A stretch of DNA of 64,000 bases from Candidatus Iainarchaeum sp. (GCA_028710695.1 JAQTTP010000001.1:140559-204558); one strand, 5' to 3'. Shown: positions 27,747 through 37,697, counted from the first letter of the stretch. Translations and numbers: made by a program. Notes: generated by a model from the sequence alone, not told the origin.

Positions 27747-28742
27747 ATGGATGAAATACAACTGGCAAGAGAGTTACTGAAAATAAACTCTGTTTCTGGG
27801 AACGAACTGGAGATAGGGAATTATATTGTAAATCTCTTAAGGCCTTACTTTAAAATAAAAAAACAAAAAGTGGGGAATTCATTTAATATTTTTGCATATA
27901 TTGGGAAACCAAAGCTGATTCTTAATACTCACATAGATACTGTGGCCCCCTTTTTTGAAGTAAAAGAAAACGAAAGATATTTGTATGGGCGTGGGGCTTG
28001 TGATACAAAAGGTCTAATGGCTTCTATGCTCTGTGCAGGAATTGATGCTGCTAAAGAGGGGGTCAAAGATTTTGGAATTTTGTTTACTGTGAGGGAAGAA
28101 ACTGATTTTGCAGGAGTGAAAAAGGCAATAAATCTTGTAAATCCAGAAATTATGATCGTAGGTGAGCCAACAAATTTTGATTTTGTAGTTGGACAAAAAG
28201 GAATTATTTCCGCAAAAATAATTGCAAGAGGAAAAACAGCACACTCTGCAACACCAGAGAAAGGAGACTCAGCTATCTCAAAACTTTTGGATGTATTACA
28301 AAAAATACAGAAAATGATCTTGCCTACAAGTCCGCAGTTAGGACCTACTACATTAAATATTGGAAAAATATCTGGGGGGGTTGCCTCAAATATTGTGCCA
28401 GATTATGCGGAAGCAAGTATTTCTTTTAGGCTTGCTTGCGATAGTAAGATAATATTAAATGACTTGAATGAGATTTGTAAAGGCCTGGAATTACAAATAA
28501 TAAATTGCTATGAATACAAAATAACAGATTCTGGCTTTCTGAAAAGTTTCAAAAATAAGAAAATAGTTTTGCCTTATTTTACGGAAATGGGCTTTTGGAA
28601 TTGTAAGGCATTTATATTTGGGCCTGGGCAAGCAAAATATGCACACTCAAAAAATGAGAAAATAAGAAAAATAGATATTGTGAAAGGAAGAAAAGAATAC
28701 CTAAAGTTGATCCGGTGGTCTTATAACACAAAAAGACTCTGA
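27747..28742 (+). CDS. M20-family metallopeptidase/deacylase (ArgE/DapE-like)
   Basis: NTHIDTVAP and GRGACDTKG metal-ligand motifs; AGAGG RBS before ATG 27747. Confidence 0.7.
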   Translation: MDEIQLARELLKINSVSGNELEIGNYIVNLLRPYFKIKKQKVGNSFNIFAYIGKPKLILNTHIDTVAPFFEVKENERYLYGRGACDTKGLMASMLCAGIDAAKEGVKDFGILFTVREETDFAGVKKAINLVNPEIMIVGEPTNFDFVVGQKGIISAKIIARGKTAHSATPEKGDSAISKLLDVLQKIQKMILPTSPQLGPTTLNIGKISGGVASNIVPDYAEASISFRLACDSKIILNDLNEICKGLELQIINCYEYKITDSGFLKSFKNKKIVLPYFTEMGFWNCKAFIFGPGQAKYAHSKNEKIRKIDIVKGRKEYLKLIRWSYNTKRL

Positions 28743-29069
28743 AAATTCGGCCTTTTGCTTGCATTCTTCATAAAACAGTGACACCCAGTCATGATTATAC
28801 TGTTCACAAGCAGTTGCAATTTTATGTGCTTGCCAATATGTAAAGCAATTAAATTTCATTAAACTAAATTCGATAACTTCATGTTTTAAATTTCGTTCCT
28901 GAGTTTCTTCAGGCATAGCAGAATCAAGCCAAATATCATATTCTTTTTTTAAGGCTGTGAAGCCAATGGTTTTTGCAGCAAAATAATTCATTGCAGCATA
29001 GTCAAGTAATAGTTGTGGATCAACAAGTTTAACATTGAAATCTAAATAACTAAATCCATTCAATCCCAT
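28701..29069 (-). CDS. hypothetical protein
   Basis: 122-aa ORF; its 3' end overlaps the M20 gene 3' end by about 40 nt; no motif recognised. Confidence 0.3.
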   Translation of the reverse strand: MGLNGFSYLDFNVKLVDPQLLLDYAAMNYFAAKTIGFTALKKEYDIWLDSAMPEETQERNLKHEVIEFSLMKFNCFTYWQAHKIATACEQYNHDWVSLFYEECKQKAEFSESFCVIRPPDQL

Positions 29070-29202
29070 GTGTCATCACAAGCAATTAATTTATATACTG
29101 CACGAGCATATATAAATTTTTTCCTTATTTTGATTAATTTTTCATTATAAAAAGAGAATTTAATAATTAAAAAATAAAAAAGAAGAGGACATTATGATAA
29201 TT

Positions 29203-29613
29203 TTATAGTCCTTTTTTCCTTGGTTTGCCTAATTTACCTTTTTCTAATGGTTTTGGTAAAGGCATCAGATGGTGTCCAAACCTGTAAATCATTATTCCTA
29301 ATATGAACACTACTATCCAACCGAATAAACAAGCCATTGGTTTTAATGCTAGCTGAATCATCTGGTTACTATTGAAATATACTTGATTTGGATATAGCAT
29401 TAATCCTGTATCATTGAAAGCAGCTTGCTTACAATCTAAAATATAATTTTCTCCAAGATCTGTGTAACATCTGTCTAGATGATCAGAAACAGTCCACATC
29501 TGGATTAAACTCCCTATGCTTGCTAAGATTCCGAATATACCAATGAAAAATATAAAAGCACCAATCAATTTCAAGCCGTGTGTATTTTTTCCTACTCTAA
29601 GAACTCTATGCAT
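29203..29613 (-). CDS. hypothetical membrane protein
   Basis: Three hydrophobic helices and a basic C-terminus. Confidence 0.4.
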   Translation of the reverse strand: MHRVLRVGKNTHGLKLIGAFIFFIGIFGILASIGSLIQMWTVSDHLDRCYTDLGENYILDCKQAAFNDTGLMLYPNQVYFNSNQMIQLALKPMACLFGWIVVFILGIMIYRFGHHLMPLPKPLEKGKLGKPRKKGL

Positions 29614-29774
29614 ATTTAGCCCCCTATAATTATTACCTGATTTTTCAATATATATTAATCTTTAAGCTTTTTATACTTATCTAAAAATTGTTCAAAATAC
29701 CTGCAGAGAATAGAAAAAAATATATACTCCTAAATAGTGTGTTTAATATAACATTAAAGAAGTGACACTCAACA

Positions 29775-30899
29775 ATGGAAGAAGATGAGGGATCGTTAAA
29801 AGTTAAAAAGCCTCCCCTCGGTTTGGCAAAAAAAACCGATTGGAGAACTATTCTACGCGATAGCGTCAGTACTCCTACGGCCCTTGCTAATTCTTTGAAT
29901 TTATCTAAAGATGAAATTTCTGAAGTCTGTGATAATTACCCTGCAATGATTAATCCTTACTACCTATCTTTGGTAAAGAAAAAAGGAGACCCGATCTACA
30001 AGCAATGTGTTCCAGATGTGAAGGAATTACAAGATTATGTTGGCGAAGAAGACCCTCTCTGTGAAGAGCCAGATCACCAGCAAAGAAAAGGGGTTCCTTC
30101 TTTAGTAACACATAGATATCCGGATAGATTATTATTTAGAGTTTCAAACCAATGTGCAATGTTCTGTAGGTTTTGTACTAGAAAGAGAAAGGTTGGGCAC
30201 CCGAAAAAGAATCCAACCCCAAAAGAGATTTCTGAAGCAATAATTTATATAAAAAACCACTCTGAAATAAGGGATGTAATTTTGTCTGGTGGAGACCCAC
30301 TAATGTTAGGTGATAAACAGCTTGAAACAATAATAAGGAACGTTTATAACATTCTGAAAAAAAGAAAAAACAGCATAATAAGAATTGGAACTAGAATGCC
30401 CTGTGTTTTGCCACAGAGAGTAACAAAGGGGCTTTGTAGAATGCTGAAGAAATACCACCCTCTGTTCATAAACACCCACTTTAACCATCCTTCTGAAATA
30501 ACTCCCGAAAGCAGAAAAGCCTGCGGGATGCTAGTAGATTCTGGGATTCCTATGGGAAATCAAACTGTTTTGCTGAAGGGGGTAAATGACGACCCTGCAG
30601 TAATGAAAGAATTGGTTCAAGGGCTGATAAACATGAGGGTAAGGCCATATTATCTTTATCAAGCAGATTTGGTAAGGGGAACAAATCACTTTAGAACTAC
30701 AGTCCAAAAAGGATTAGAGATATACAAGGCGTTAAGGGGCCATACATCTGGGTTGTGTGTTCCGAATTATGTTATTGATGCTCCGGGTGGTGGGGGAAAG
30801 ATCCCTCTGTTGCCAGAATATGTAGTTTCTATTAGTAAGGACAAAGTGGTTTTAAAGAATTATGAAAACAAGAAGTTCGAATATTTACAAATAGAATGA
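29775..30899 (+). CDS. lysine 2,3-aminomutase family radical-SAM enzyme, short (EpmB-like) form
   Basis: CAMFCRFCTRKR (CxxxCxxC), LSGGDPL, VPNYVIDAPGGGGKIPLLPEYV, collinear with KamA. Ends before the KamA C-terminal CxCxxC zinc site. Confidence 0.8.
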   Translation: MEEDEGSLKVKKPPLGLAKKTDWRTILRDSVSTPTALANSLNLSKDEISEVCDNYPAMINPYYLSLVKKKGDPIYKQCVPDVKELQDYVGEEDPLCEEPDHQQRKGVPSLVTHRYPDRLLFRVSNQCAMFCRFCTRKRKVGHPKKNPTPKEISEAIIYIKNHSEIRDVILSGGDPLMLGDKQLETIIRNVYNILKKRKNSIIRIGTRMPCVLPQRVTKGLCRMLKKYHPLFINTHFNHPSEITPESRKACGMLVDSGIPMGNQTVLLKGVNDDPAVMKELVQGLINMRVRPYYLYQADLVRGTNHFRTTVQKGLEIYKALRGHTSGLCVPNYVIDAPGGGGKIPLLPEYVVSISKDKVVLKNYENKKFEYLQIE

Positions 30900-30906
30900 A
30901 TTGTCT

Positions 30907-31251
30907 TTACCTAATTATTTTCTCTGTTTTTAGATTCAGAATCCTGCAAGCATGTAAAAGATTGTAATCATCACTGTGTAAAGTGGCTTTTTTTTCTAAG
31001 GCAAGAGCAATAACCTCTATGTCTGTTTCGGAAAGTTTTAGCTTGTTCTTTTTCTTGATTTCTTTTACTTTTTTTACGCTCTCCTCAGAAGGGTCTTGGA
31101 TTTTTAGTTTTCCTATAGAGATTGCATTATTTAATTTGGTTCTGAATTCGAAATCCTTTATTTCTGAGATAACGGAATTTGTAATATAAGCCTCTGTTTC
31201 TATTGGCCCGAAATTGTTTAGTATCGCAGAAGTATCAAAAACATTAACCAT
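30907..31251 (-). CDS. PIN-domain nuclease (VapC-like)
   Basis: N-terminal VFDTSAIL, central SETDIEVIALAL and C-terminal LHSDD acidic residues, typical of PIN domains. Confidence 0.6.
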   Translation of the reverse strand: MVNVFDTSAILNNFGPIETEAYITNSVISEIKDFEFRTKLNNAISIGKLKIQDPSEESVKKVKEIKKKNKLKLSETDIEVIALALEKKATLHSDDYNLLHACRILNLKTEKIIR

Positions 31252-31342
31252 ATTACAAAGAAGAACGAAATAGAATATAAATTAAATACCACACATTTGC
31301 GCAAAAGAAACCTTTTTATACTGTTTGTGTGGTATTGATAAT

Positions 31343-32224
31343 ATGCAATTAGTTACTAAAGGGATTGGAAAAGGCAAAGTATATTATTTACATCATACCA
31401 GAAGGGAAGGGAAGGAGTACAAAAACTATGACCTATATCTTGGAAAAGTACTGCCTGGAGACCTAGAATTTAGAAAATATGCCTTTTTTGAAGAGGTTTA
31501 TGCTGATGTATTTAAGGAAATAGTTCGGATTAAGGAAAAAATAAAAAAAGAAGAAAAAAATATGCCGCTCTCTGTAGAAAAGAAGAACTTATTTCAATTT
31601 GGAATTAAGTTTACATATAATACAAATAGAATTGAAGGCAGCACACTAAGCATTAAAGATACTAAAGACGCAATAGAAGATAATATCTTGCCAGATCGTA
31701 AACCAATATCAGATGTAATTGAAGCAAAAAAACACCAAGAACTATTTTTAAAAATAATTGAATCAAAAGAAGACGTAAGTTACTCAAGCATTTTATATTG
31801 GCATAAATTTTTATTTACTGAAAGCAAGGGGGATATCGCAGGGAAAGTTAGAACTTATCCTGTGTGGATTTCAGGATCCAAATTTAACCCCCCTGGACCA
31901 AATGAGGTTGACTTTGAACTTAAGGATTTTTTTAAATGGTATGAAAAAAATAAACAAAAACTAGATCCAATTATTTTATCGTCTTTAGTACACTTTAAAT
32001 TTGTGTCTGTGCATCCTTTTGGAGACGGAAACGGAAGAATTTCAAGGCTTATGATGAATGCAGTTTTAAATAGATTTAGATATCCTTTATTTATAATAGA
32101 TTACAAAAATAGACGTGGATACTATAATGCTTTGGAAAAGTCTAATGTAGAAAATAATGAACTACATTTTGTGGCTTGGTATTTGAAAAATTATTTGAAA
32201 TATTTGAAGAGTGATAATAAATGA
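31343..32224 (+). CDS. Fic-family protein (AMPylase-type Fido domain)
   Basis: Canonical Fic motif VHPFGDGNGRISRL (HPFx[D/E]GNGR). Start at ATG 31343. Confidence 0.8.
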   Translation: MQLVTKGIGKGKVYYLHHTRREGKEYKNYDLYLGKVLPGDLEFRKYAFFEEVYADVFKEIVRIKEKIKKEEKNMPLSVEKKNLFQFGIKFTYNTNRIEGSTLSIKDTKDAIEDNILPDRKPISDVIEAKKHQELFLKIIESKEDVSYSSILYWHKFLFTESKGDIAGKVRTYPVWISGSKFNPPGPNEVDFELKDFFKWYEKNKQKLDPIILSSLVHFKFVSVHPFGDGNGRISRLMMNAVLNRFRYPLFIIDYKNRRGYYNALEKSNVENNELHFVAWYLKNYLKYLKSDNK

Positions 32225-33120
32225 TGAAAGCGGTATTATTAGGAAGTGTATCTAGCAAGCCGACTACTGAGAATTTTACTTCTTGTATGCTTGTACAGAA
32301 TGAGGCAAAAGTTTACTTATTTGATGCCTGTGAAGGAGTACAGATGAGAATAATGCAATCTGGAATAAGCTTTATGAAAATAGATTCTATTTTTTTGAGC
32401 CACTTTCATGCAGACCATATTTTGGGAATTCCTGGGCTTATTGCAACAATGGAATTATCAGAAAGGCAAAGCCCATTGAATATATTTGGGCCAAAAGGAA
32501 TTAAGCAAAGAGTTTCAGAGATTTTAAATTTGATGAATATTGGACACTCTTTTAAAATAAATTACAAAGATCTGAGCGAGGGGAAAGTTTTTGAGAATGA
32601 AAAAGTAGAAATTTATGCGAAAAAATTTATTCATAGAATATTGAATTATGGATTTATTATGAAAGAAAAAGACAAGGTAGGGGAATTTAATAGAAAAAAA
32701 GCAGAGAAACTTCTTCCGCCTGGGCCATTATATAAACAATTACAAGATGGGAAAACAGTAACTTATAATGGAAAGAAAATAAAGCCGGAAATGGTAATGG
32801 ATTATAACAAAGGCAGAATTGGAAAGAAGATTGGGTATATTGTTGATACTTATGATAAGGGCTATGAAAAATTTATCGGCAATGCAGATATTTTGTTTCA
32901 TGAGTCTTGCTTTATGAAAGAAGAAGAAAAGAGAGCAAAGCAGACAAAGCACTCAGTAATGGAAGATGTAATAAAAATCTCAAAAAAAGCAAAAGTAAAA
33001 AAACTAGTTCTGTTTAATTATAGTAATAGGTATTTAGAAGACTTGGAAAAAACAAAAAAGAAAATAAAGTCTAAAGATATTGTATTTGGAAACGATTTAG
33101 ATTGTTTTGAACTAAAATAA
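32221..33120 (+). CDS. rnz: ribonuclease Z (tRNA 3' endonuclease)
   Basis: LLGSVSSKPTTENFTS...LFDACEGVQ...IFLSHFHADHILGIPGL is the RNase Z / MBL HxHxDH pattern; about 299 aa. Confidence 0.75.
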   Translation: MMKAVLLGSVSSKPTTENFTSCMLVQNEAKVYLFDACEGVQMRIMQSGISFMKIDSIFLSHFHADHILGIPGLIATMELSERQSPLNIFGPKGIKQRVSEILNLMNIGHSFKINYKDLSEGKVFENEKVEIYAKKFIHRILNYGFIMKEKDKVGEFNRKKAEKLLPPGPLYKQLQDGKTVTYNGKKIKPEMVMDYNKGRIGKKIGYIVDTYDKGYEKFIGNADILFHESCFMKEEEKRAKQTKHSVMEDVIKISKKAKVKKLVLFNYSNRYLEDLEKTKKKIKSKDIVFGNDLDCFELK

Positions 33121-33137
33121 CTGTTGCGGGGATTATT

Positions 33138-33521
33138 ATGAAGGAAGTTTTGAGGAAAGCAAAAAAGACTAAAGATGAAGTTCATTTGGTGAGGCCTGTT
33201 TCTTTTAAAGAATTTAGGTCACACTTTTCAAAGAAGAAAAAAATACATATGTCAAAATCAACTTTGTCTAGGCTGTCTGAGCAGACAAAAATCTTAATAC
33301 ACCAAAAAAAGATAAAAATAATAATTGAAAAAATAAGGGGAAGACCAATAGAAGCAGATCCTAAACTGTTGGCAAAAGCAATATCTTTATACAAATCTGG
33401 ATTTTCTTATAGAGAAATTGAAAAGAAAATTGGAATGCCAAAAAGTAGCGTACATTATATTGTAAAAAAAGCAAAAAGAAAAAAAATAAAAACAAAGAAA
33501 GGGCATTATTCAATTGATTAA
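33138..33521 (+). CDS. small basic protein with resolvase-type (HTH_7-like) helix-turn-helix
   Basis: IRGRPIEADPKLLAKAISLYKSGFSYREIEKKIGMPKSSVHYIVKK resembles Hin/resolvase C-terminal HTH. There is no recombinase catalytic domain. Confidence 0.45.
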   Translation: MKEVLRKAKKTKDEVHLVRPVSFKEFRSHFSKKKKIHMSKSTLSRLSEQTKILIHQKKIKIIIEKIRGRPIEADPKLLAKAISLYKSGFSYREIEKKIGMPKSSVHYIVKKAKRKKIKTKKGHYSID

Positions 33522-34402
33522 TAGGTTAAAAGATAAACCCTTTCATTGTGAACTAAGAATATTGATTCTATTCTTGAAAATATCTCTGCTGTGCCTAAAT
33601 TTGACATCCTTTCTGTAATTCTATTTCTTGCATTCACTGTTGACCCAAGTTCAAAGAGGCCAAATCTTCCAAATACGTATGTTGCCCCCTCTTTTAATGG
33701 TTCTAATGTATCCCCCACTTTTAGCACGAAACCGCTTTTTGTTTTTGCTATAACTGGGCTTTCAAGAATTAGCGTTTTTGCATCTATGTGGTCGTGGTTT
33801 AATACTACCCCGGAGTTCTCAACAATCTGAACTTTTGATTTTTCTGTAAATTCTGCAAGTTTTCCTGCTATCTGCCTTAACGGGCTTCCACTAGTATATG
33901 ATGCTTTACCAACAGTCTCTAAAATATCTCTCTTTGTCTGGTCGTGCCAACCTCTATTGAATCTTTTTATGTGGAGACCGCCATTGCTGTCAACAAAAAA
34001 TACACTTTCAACAGGTGCAACTTTACTTTTATTAATTCTTACTACATTTTGGGACATAACTAATCTTGTTTTTCCATCCCATACAATAAGGCCAGATGCC
34101 CCGAAAATATAATGTACTCCTTTAGATAATAAAACTGGTGGTGCATCTGGGCTATTAAAAAATACCTTGTTTTCAATTTTTTCTAAACGGTACATATTAG
34201 TAGATTCTGTACCATGCCCTGTGCCCATGGCAGAAACTATTCCGTTTGCTCTGTATACCGCAGTTTCTGTTGCCCTTGCTTGTTTTCTTACAAAAGAATT
34301 TGCAGGCATTTTTGTATGTTCTGTTTCTCTATCAATATGTATTTCTAAATTTGGCTTTCTAAGTCTTCTAGCTATCTTTCTAAATAACTCCCCCATAAAC
34401 AA
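33518..34402 (-). CDS. hypothetical conserved protein (family not recognised)
   Basis: 294 aa, Gly-rich segments (AMGTGHGTEST); I could not place it in a family. Confidence 0.35.
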   Translation of the reverse strand: MFMGELFRKIARRLRKPNLEIHIDRETEHTKMPANSFVRKQARATETAVYRANGIVSAMGTGHGTESTNMYRLEKIENKVFFNSPDAPPVLLSKGVHYIFGASGLIVWDGKTRLVMSQNVVRINKSKVAPVESVFFVDSNGGLHIKRFNRGWHDQTKRDILETVGKASYTSGSPLRQIAGKLAEFTEKSKVQIVENSGVVLNHDHIDAKTLILESPVIAKTKSGFVLKVGDTLEPLKEGATYVFGRFGLFELGSTVNARNRITERMSNLGTAEIFSRIESIFLVHNERVYLLTY

Positions 34403-34417
34403 CCACTTTTTAAATAT

Positions 34418-34954
34418 CTAAATATTCTTTAGGTTCCAATTTTTTATAAATCTACTCTTTGGAATTTGGTTTTTTATTGTATTATCTAAACAAATACCCA
34501 TGCCCACTATTTCGTCTCCAAATTTTATTATTTTGTAGCCACGTTCTAGAGGCTCTTTTAGAACAAGATCTTCCCCTCTCAAATATGATAATAAGTCAGA
34601 TTCTTTTATTTGGTAAAGGTTTTTTGTTGCGTGCTTTCCAAAAATTTGAATAAAATTTGTTGTTGCTTTTTTATTGTCATCAAAAGGATTACGTAAAGCT
34701 CGTAGGCCAACAGTATTTATTTTTAGGCCGGAGTTAATAAATGCAAGTGCTTGTGTTGATTTTTTTGTGGAAATCCAAAGATCTTTTCCTCTTTTTATAA
34801 ATTCATAACCTTTGAAAGCTTTGCTAGGAATTCCAAACTGAGATTCTAGATAATTGAAAATTACTAATTCCTCTTTTTTGCTTAATAGCTGATATTCTAT
34901 TTTTTCATAATTTTTGTCAGGAAAAAAGCCCCTATCTTCGCTTTGTGTGGCCAT
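34418..34954 (-). CDS. PUA-like C-terminal domain protein related to NOL1/NOP2/Sun methyltransferase C-termini
   Basis: AGGTG RBS before ATG 34954. Overlaps the 3' end of the upstream methyltransferase ORF by about 57 nt in another frame, so this may be a frameshifted C-terminal domain. Confidence 0.4.
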   Translation of the reverse strand: MATQSEDRGFFPDKNYEKIEYQLLSKKEELVIFNYLESQFGIPSKAFKGYEFIKRGKDLWISTKKSTQALAFINSGLKINTVGLRALRNPFDDNKKATTNFIQIFGKHATKNLYQIKESDLLSYLRGEDLVLKEPLERGYKIIKFGDEIVGMGICLDNTIKNQIPKSRFIKNWNLKNI

Positions 34955-35829
34955 ATTCTTACGCACCTCTTAATTTGTTTGTCTATTTCGAAATCCTTGT
35001 ACTTTGTTAATCCATTTGATTGATTAACACCATCAAATTCAACAGGTTTTATTTCAATATCAAATTCTTTTAATACTCTGTTTACAACCAACTCATTTTC
35101 TTCTGGAGAAATTGTACAAGTAGAATAAATAATTGTTCCTTTTGGTTTTGTTGCAGTAATTGCTGCCTTTAATAATTCATATTCCAATTTTGCAGAACCG
35201 CTGACAAAGTTTGGGCCCCATTTGTGCTTGATTTTTTCGTCTTTGAACATCGTTCCTTCTAAAGAGCAAGGGGCATCTAATAATACCTTATCAAATGCTT
35301 CAGGCATTTTTCTAAAATATCTGCCATCATTTCTTGTTATAACTGTATTTATAATTCCTAATCTTTCTAGGTTGTCTTGTAATGCTTGAATTCTTTTTTG
35401 GTTTGGTTCGTTTGCAACAATTAGACCTTGGTTTTTCATATCCATGCCTATTTGAGTTGTTTTTGACCCTGGCGCAGCAGCAAGATCCAAAATGGACTCA
35501 TCTTCCTCTGCCTCCAAAGGAATTACTGGAAGCATAGAACTTGCATCTTGGACATAAATTTTTCCTAAAAAATGTTCTAAAGTGTTTCCTAAGGACGCAC
35601 CAAAAGCATTAACAAAAAAGCCGTATTTATACCATTCCATTTGTGTTAATTTAAACCCTTTGGCTTCTAATGATTCTTTAACCTCTTTAGGGCTTGCTCT
35701 AAGGGAATTTACCCTGAATGATTTTAGAGGGGGCTCAACTAATGCCTTTTTGAAGTCATCGATTTCTTTCTCGGGAAGTATTTCTGTAACTTTTTCTAAA
35801 AACAATTTTGGTATCTCTTGTGTTTGCAT
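34897..35829 (-). CDS. NOL1/NOP2/Sun-family RNA cytosine-C5 methyltransferase
   Basis: LDLAAAPGSKTTQI (motif I), LLDAPCSLEGT (motif IV PC) and TCTISPEENE (motif VI TC). Confidence 0.8.
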   Translation of the reverse strand: MQTQEIPKLFLEKVTEILPEKEIDDFKKALVEPPLKSFRVNSLRASPKEVKESLEAKGFKLTQMEWYKYGFFVNAFGASLGNTLEHFLGKIYVQDASSMLPVIPLEAEEDESILDLAAAPGSKTTQIGMDMKNQGLIVANEPNQKRIQALQDNLERLGIINTVITRNDGRYFRKMPEAFDKVLLDAPCSLEGTMFKDEKIKHKWGPNFVSGSAKLEYELLKAAITATKPKGTIIYSTCTISPEENELVVNRVLKEFDIEIKPVEFDGVNQSNGLTKYKDFEIDKQIKRCVRIWPHKAKIGAFFLTKIMKK

Positions 35830-35882
35830 ATATGACTTTATGGCAGATATTATTTATAAAGAAATACTTTCTTATTTTTTTT

Positions 35883-36434
35883 ATGAAGCCAAGAAAACCA
35901 GAGCGAGCAATAAGGGAACTGGGCGTAACAACAAAAGAACGAGCCAAAGAGGTCCATGGTCTTGCAGTAGAAGAATTAAGACGAAGAAATGGGGAACTTC
36001 TTGAGATGGTTCCCCGTAAAACACGAGTATACAAGAATGAACATCTTGGCCTTTGGCATATTGACCTGGCGGGCATTGGCGAAGCAATGGTTGAAAAAGA
36101 TGAGCTCTATGGAGATCGTTTCCTTTTTGTATCTAGTTTTAATGTTGGTGACCCTGGAAATGGGCATAGCGGCCTAAGAAAACAAAAACTTGGGTCTATA
36201 TTATTAAATATTATTAAGGGGCTGGCAAAAAGAGAAAAAAAACAAGCTGTTTTTTTGGTTTGTAAAGGCAAAGTAAGAGAATTTTATGAAAAAAATGGGT
36301 TTGTAAAATTTAAATCTGCCGGGTCAGATTCTGATGGTGCAGAATCACATGTAATGGTATTCTTTTTAGACGCAAAGTTGAAAGAATGGTTTAAGAAAGA
36401 TCCGCGAGGCCTTATAGACGAAATTATAATTTAG
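35883..36434 (+). CDS. GNAT-fold protein (acetyltransferase-like)
   Basis: C-terminal FLVCKGKVREFYEKNGFV is GNAT motif A/B-like; start at ATG 35883; elevated GC. Confidence 0.45.
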   Translation: MKPRKPERAIRELGVTTKERAKEVHGLAVEELRRRNGELLEMVPRKTRVYKNEHLGLWHIDLAGIGEAMVEKDELYGDRFLFVSSFNVGDPGNGHSGLRKQKLGSILLNIIKGLAKREKKQAVFLVCKGKVREFYEKNGFVKFKSAGSDSDGAESHVMVFFLDAKLKEWFKKDPRGLIDEIII

Positions 36435-36462
36435 TAAAGAATTTTAACCTTGCCGCTCATTT

Positions 36463-37671
36463 TTGTACATGCATTTTATAAAATACGGGCATCTTGTAAA
36501 ATCAAAATTTGGGGTAATCCTTCTTGCAACCTTGATTTGGCTTGCAGCAGATAGAATGCTGGAATATGTAATGCCACTATATCTGGAAGGTATTGGGAAA
36601 TCTTATTTTGAAATTGGTTTGCTTTTGTCATTGACTGCTTTGGGCGGACTTTTATTTGATTGGCCATTAGGAAATTTGTCTGATGCAACAAGTAGAAGAA
36701 AGATAATGTTTACAAGTGTGATTTTATCAATAATTGCTTCGGCCCTTATTTTTATATTTGAAATAAATTGGGTTTTGACAATATTGATTTTGGTTTGGAG
36801 TATTGCATACCAAATGTGGTGTGTTCCGCGTGATGCTTATCTTGCAGCACATACAGACCACAACAAAAGGTCAAGAGAATATGGCCTGTTTAATGAAGTT
36901 GTGGATATTGCGGAAACAATAGGTCCACTAATCTGTGGTGCTTTGCTTCTATATTTGGGTTATAGTGGGATAGTAAGTATTTATGCAGTGATGCTTGGAA
37001 TTGCTGCTTTGATAATATTATTTTTCATTGCTGAAACAGACCACCGGTCTATGCTTAAAGCAATTCCCCAAAGTTTTAAATTTTCTGCTTTTATAAGAGA
37101 TTTAAAAGAGTTGAAGTATCTTGGTTCATTTGGATTATTGCTATTATTTTATTCTTTTAGTTTCATGGCTTTAGATAATGTTATTTTCTTGTTTGAGCCA
37201 CTTTTTTGTACATCTGGTGGGCTTGGTCTTTCACTTTCTCTCGCAGGTCTATTGATGGCATTCTTTTCAATACCTGGAATTCTATTTTCATATTTGTTTG
37301 GACTGATTGCAGATAAAATTGGAAAAAAGAAAGTGCTTTTTGCAGGAATGATTTGTATTGGTTTAAGTTTGATTCTTTTTGTGAGTACAAAAAATATTGT
37401 TTTACTATTTGCGTTTGCATCCTTATATTCAATAGGAGCGGCAATGTTCCTTCCATCTCTGAATGGGCTTATTGTTGACTTGTCATTTGGACATCAAAAA
37501 GGAAAAATTGTTGGGCTTTGGGATTCTTTTACAGATTTGGGATATTTTATTGGTCCACTTATTGGCGGAATAATTGCGGAATTTTATGGCCTGAGGGAAG
37601 TATATATTTCTTTGGGAGTGTTTTTTATTGCTATAAGCCTATTGATTTTTTTCTTTGTTAAAAGAAAGTAA
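36463..37671 (+). CDS. MFS-type transporter
   Basis: 12 predicted TM helices; D-R/K motif region (LGNLSDATSRRKIM). Confidence 0.65.
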   Translation: MYMHFIKYGHLVKSKFGVILLATLIWLAADRMLEYVMPLYLEGIGKSYFEIGLLLSLTALGGLLFDWPLGNLSDATSRRKIMFTSVILSIIASALIFIFEINWVLTILILVWSIAYQMWCVPRDAYLAAHTDHNKRSREYGLFNEVVDIAETIGPLICGALLLYLGYSGIVSIYAVMLGIAALIILFFIAETDHRSMLKAIPQSFKFSAFIRDLKELKYLGSFGLLLLFYSFSFMALDNVIFLFEPLFCTSGGLGLSLSLAGLLMAFFSIPGILFSYLFGLIADKIGKKKVLFAGMICIGLSLILFVSTKNIVLLFAFASLYSIGAAMFLPSLNGLIVDLSFGHQKGKIVGLWDSFTDLGYFIGPLIGGIIAEFYGLREVYISLGVFFIAISLLIFFFVKRK

Positions 37672-37697
37672 TATAAACTGCTTTCTTCTTTTTTTAT

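Noticed and set aside
33518-34402. Attempt to assign the 294-aa protein to a specific enzyme family (PurO, phosphopantothenate synthetase, RtcA)
   Set aside because: None of the candidate families' signature motifs could be matched by eye, so it is left as hypothetical.
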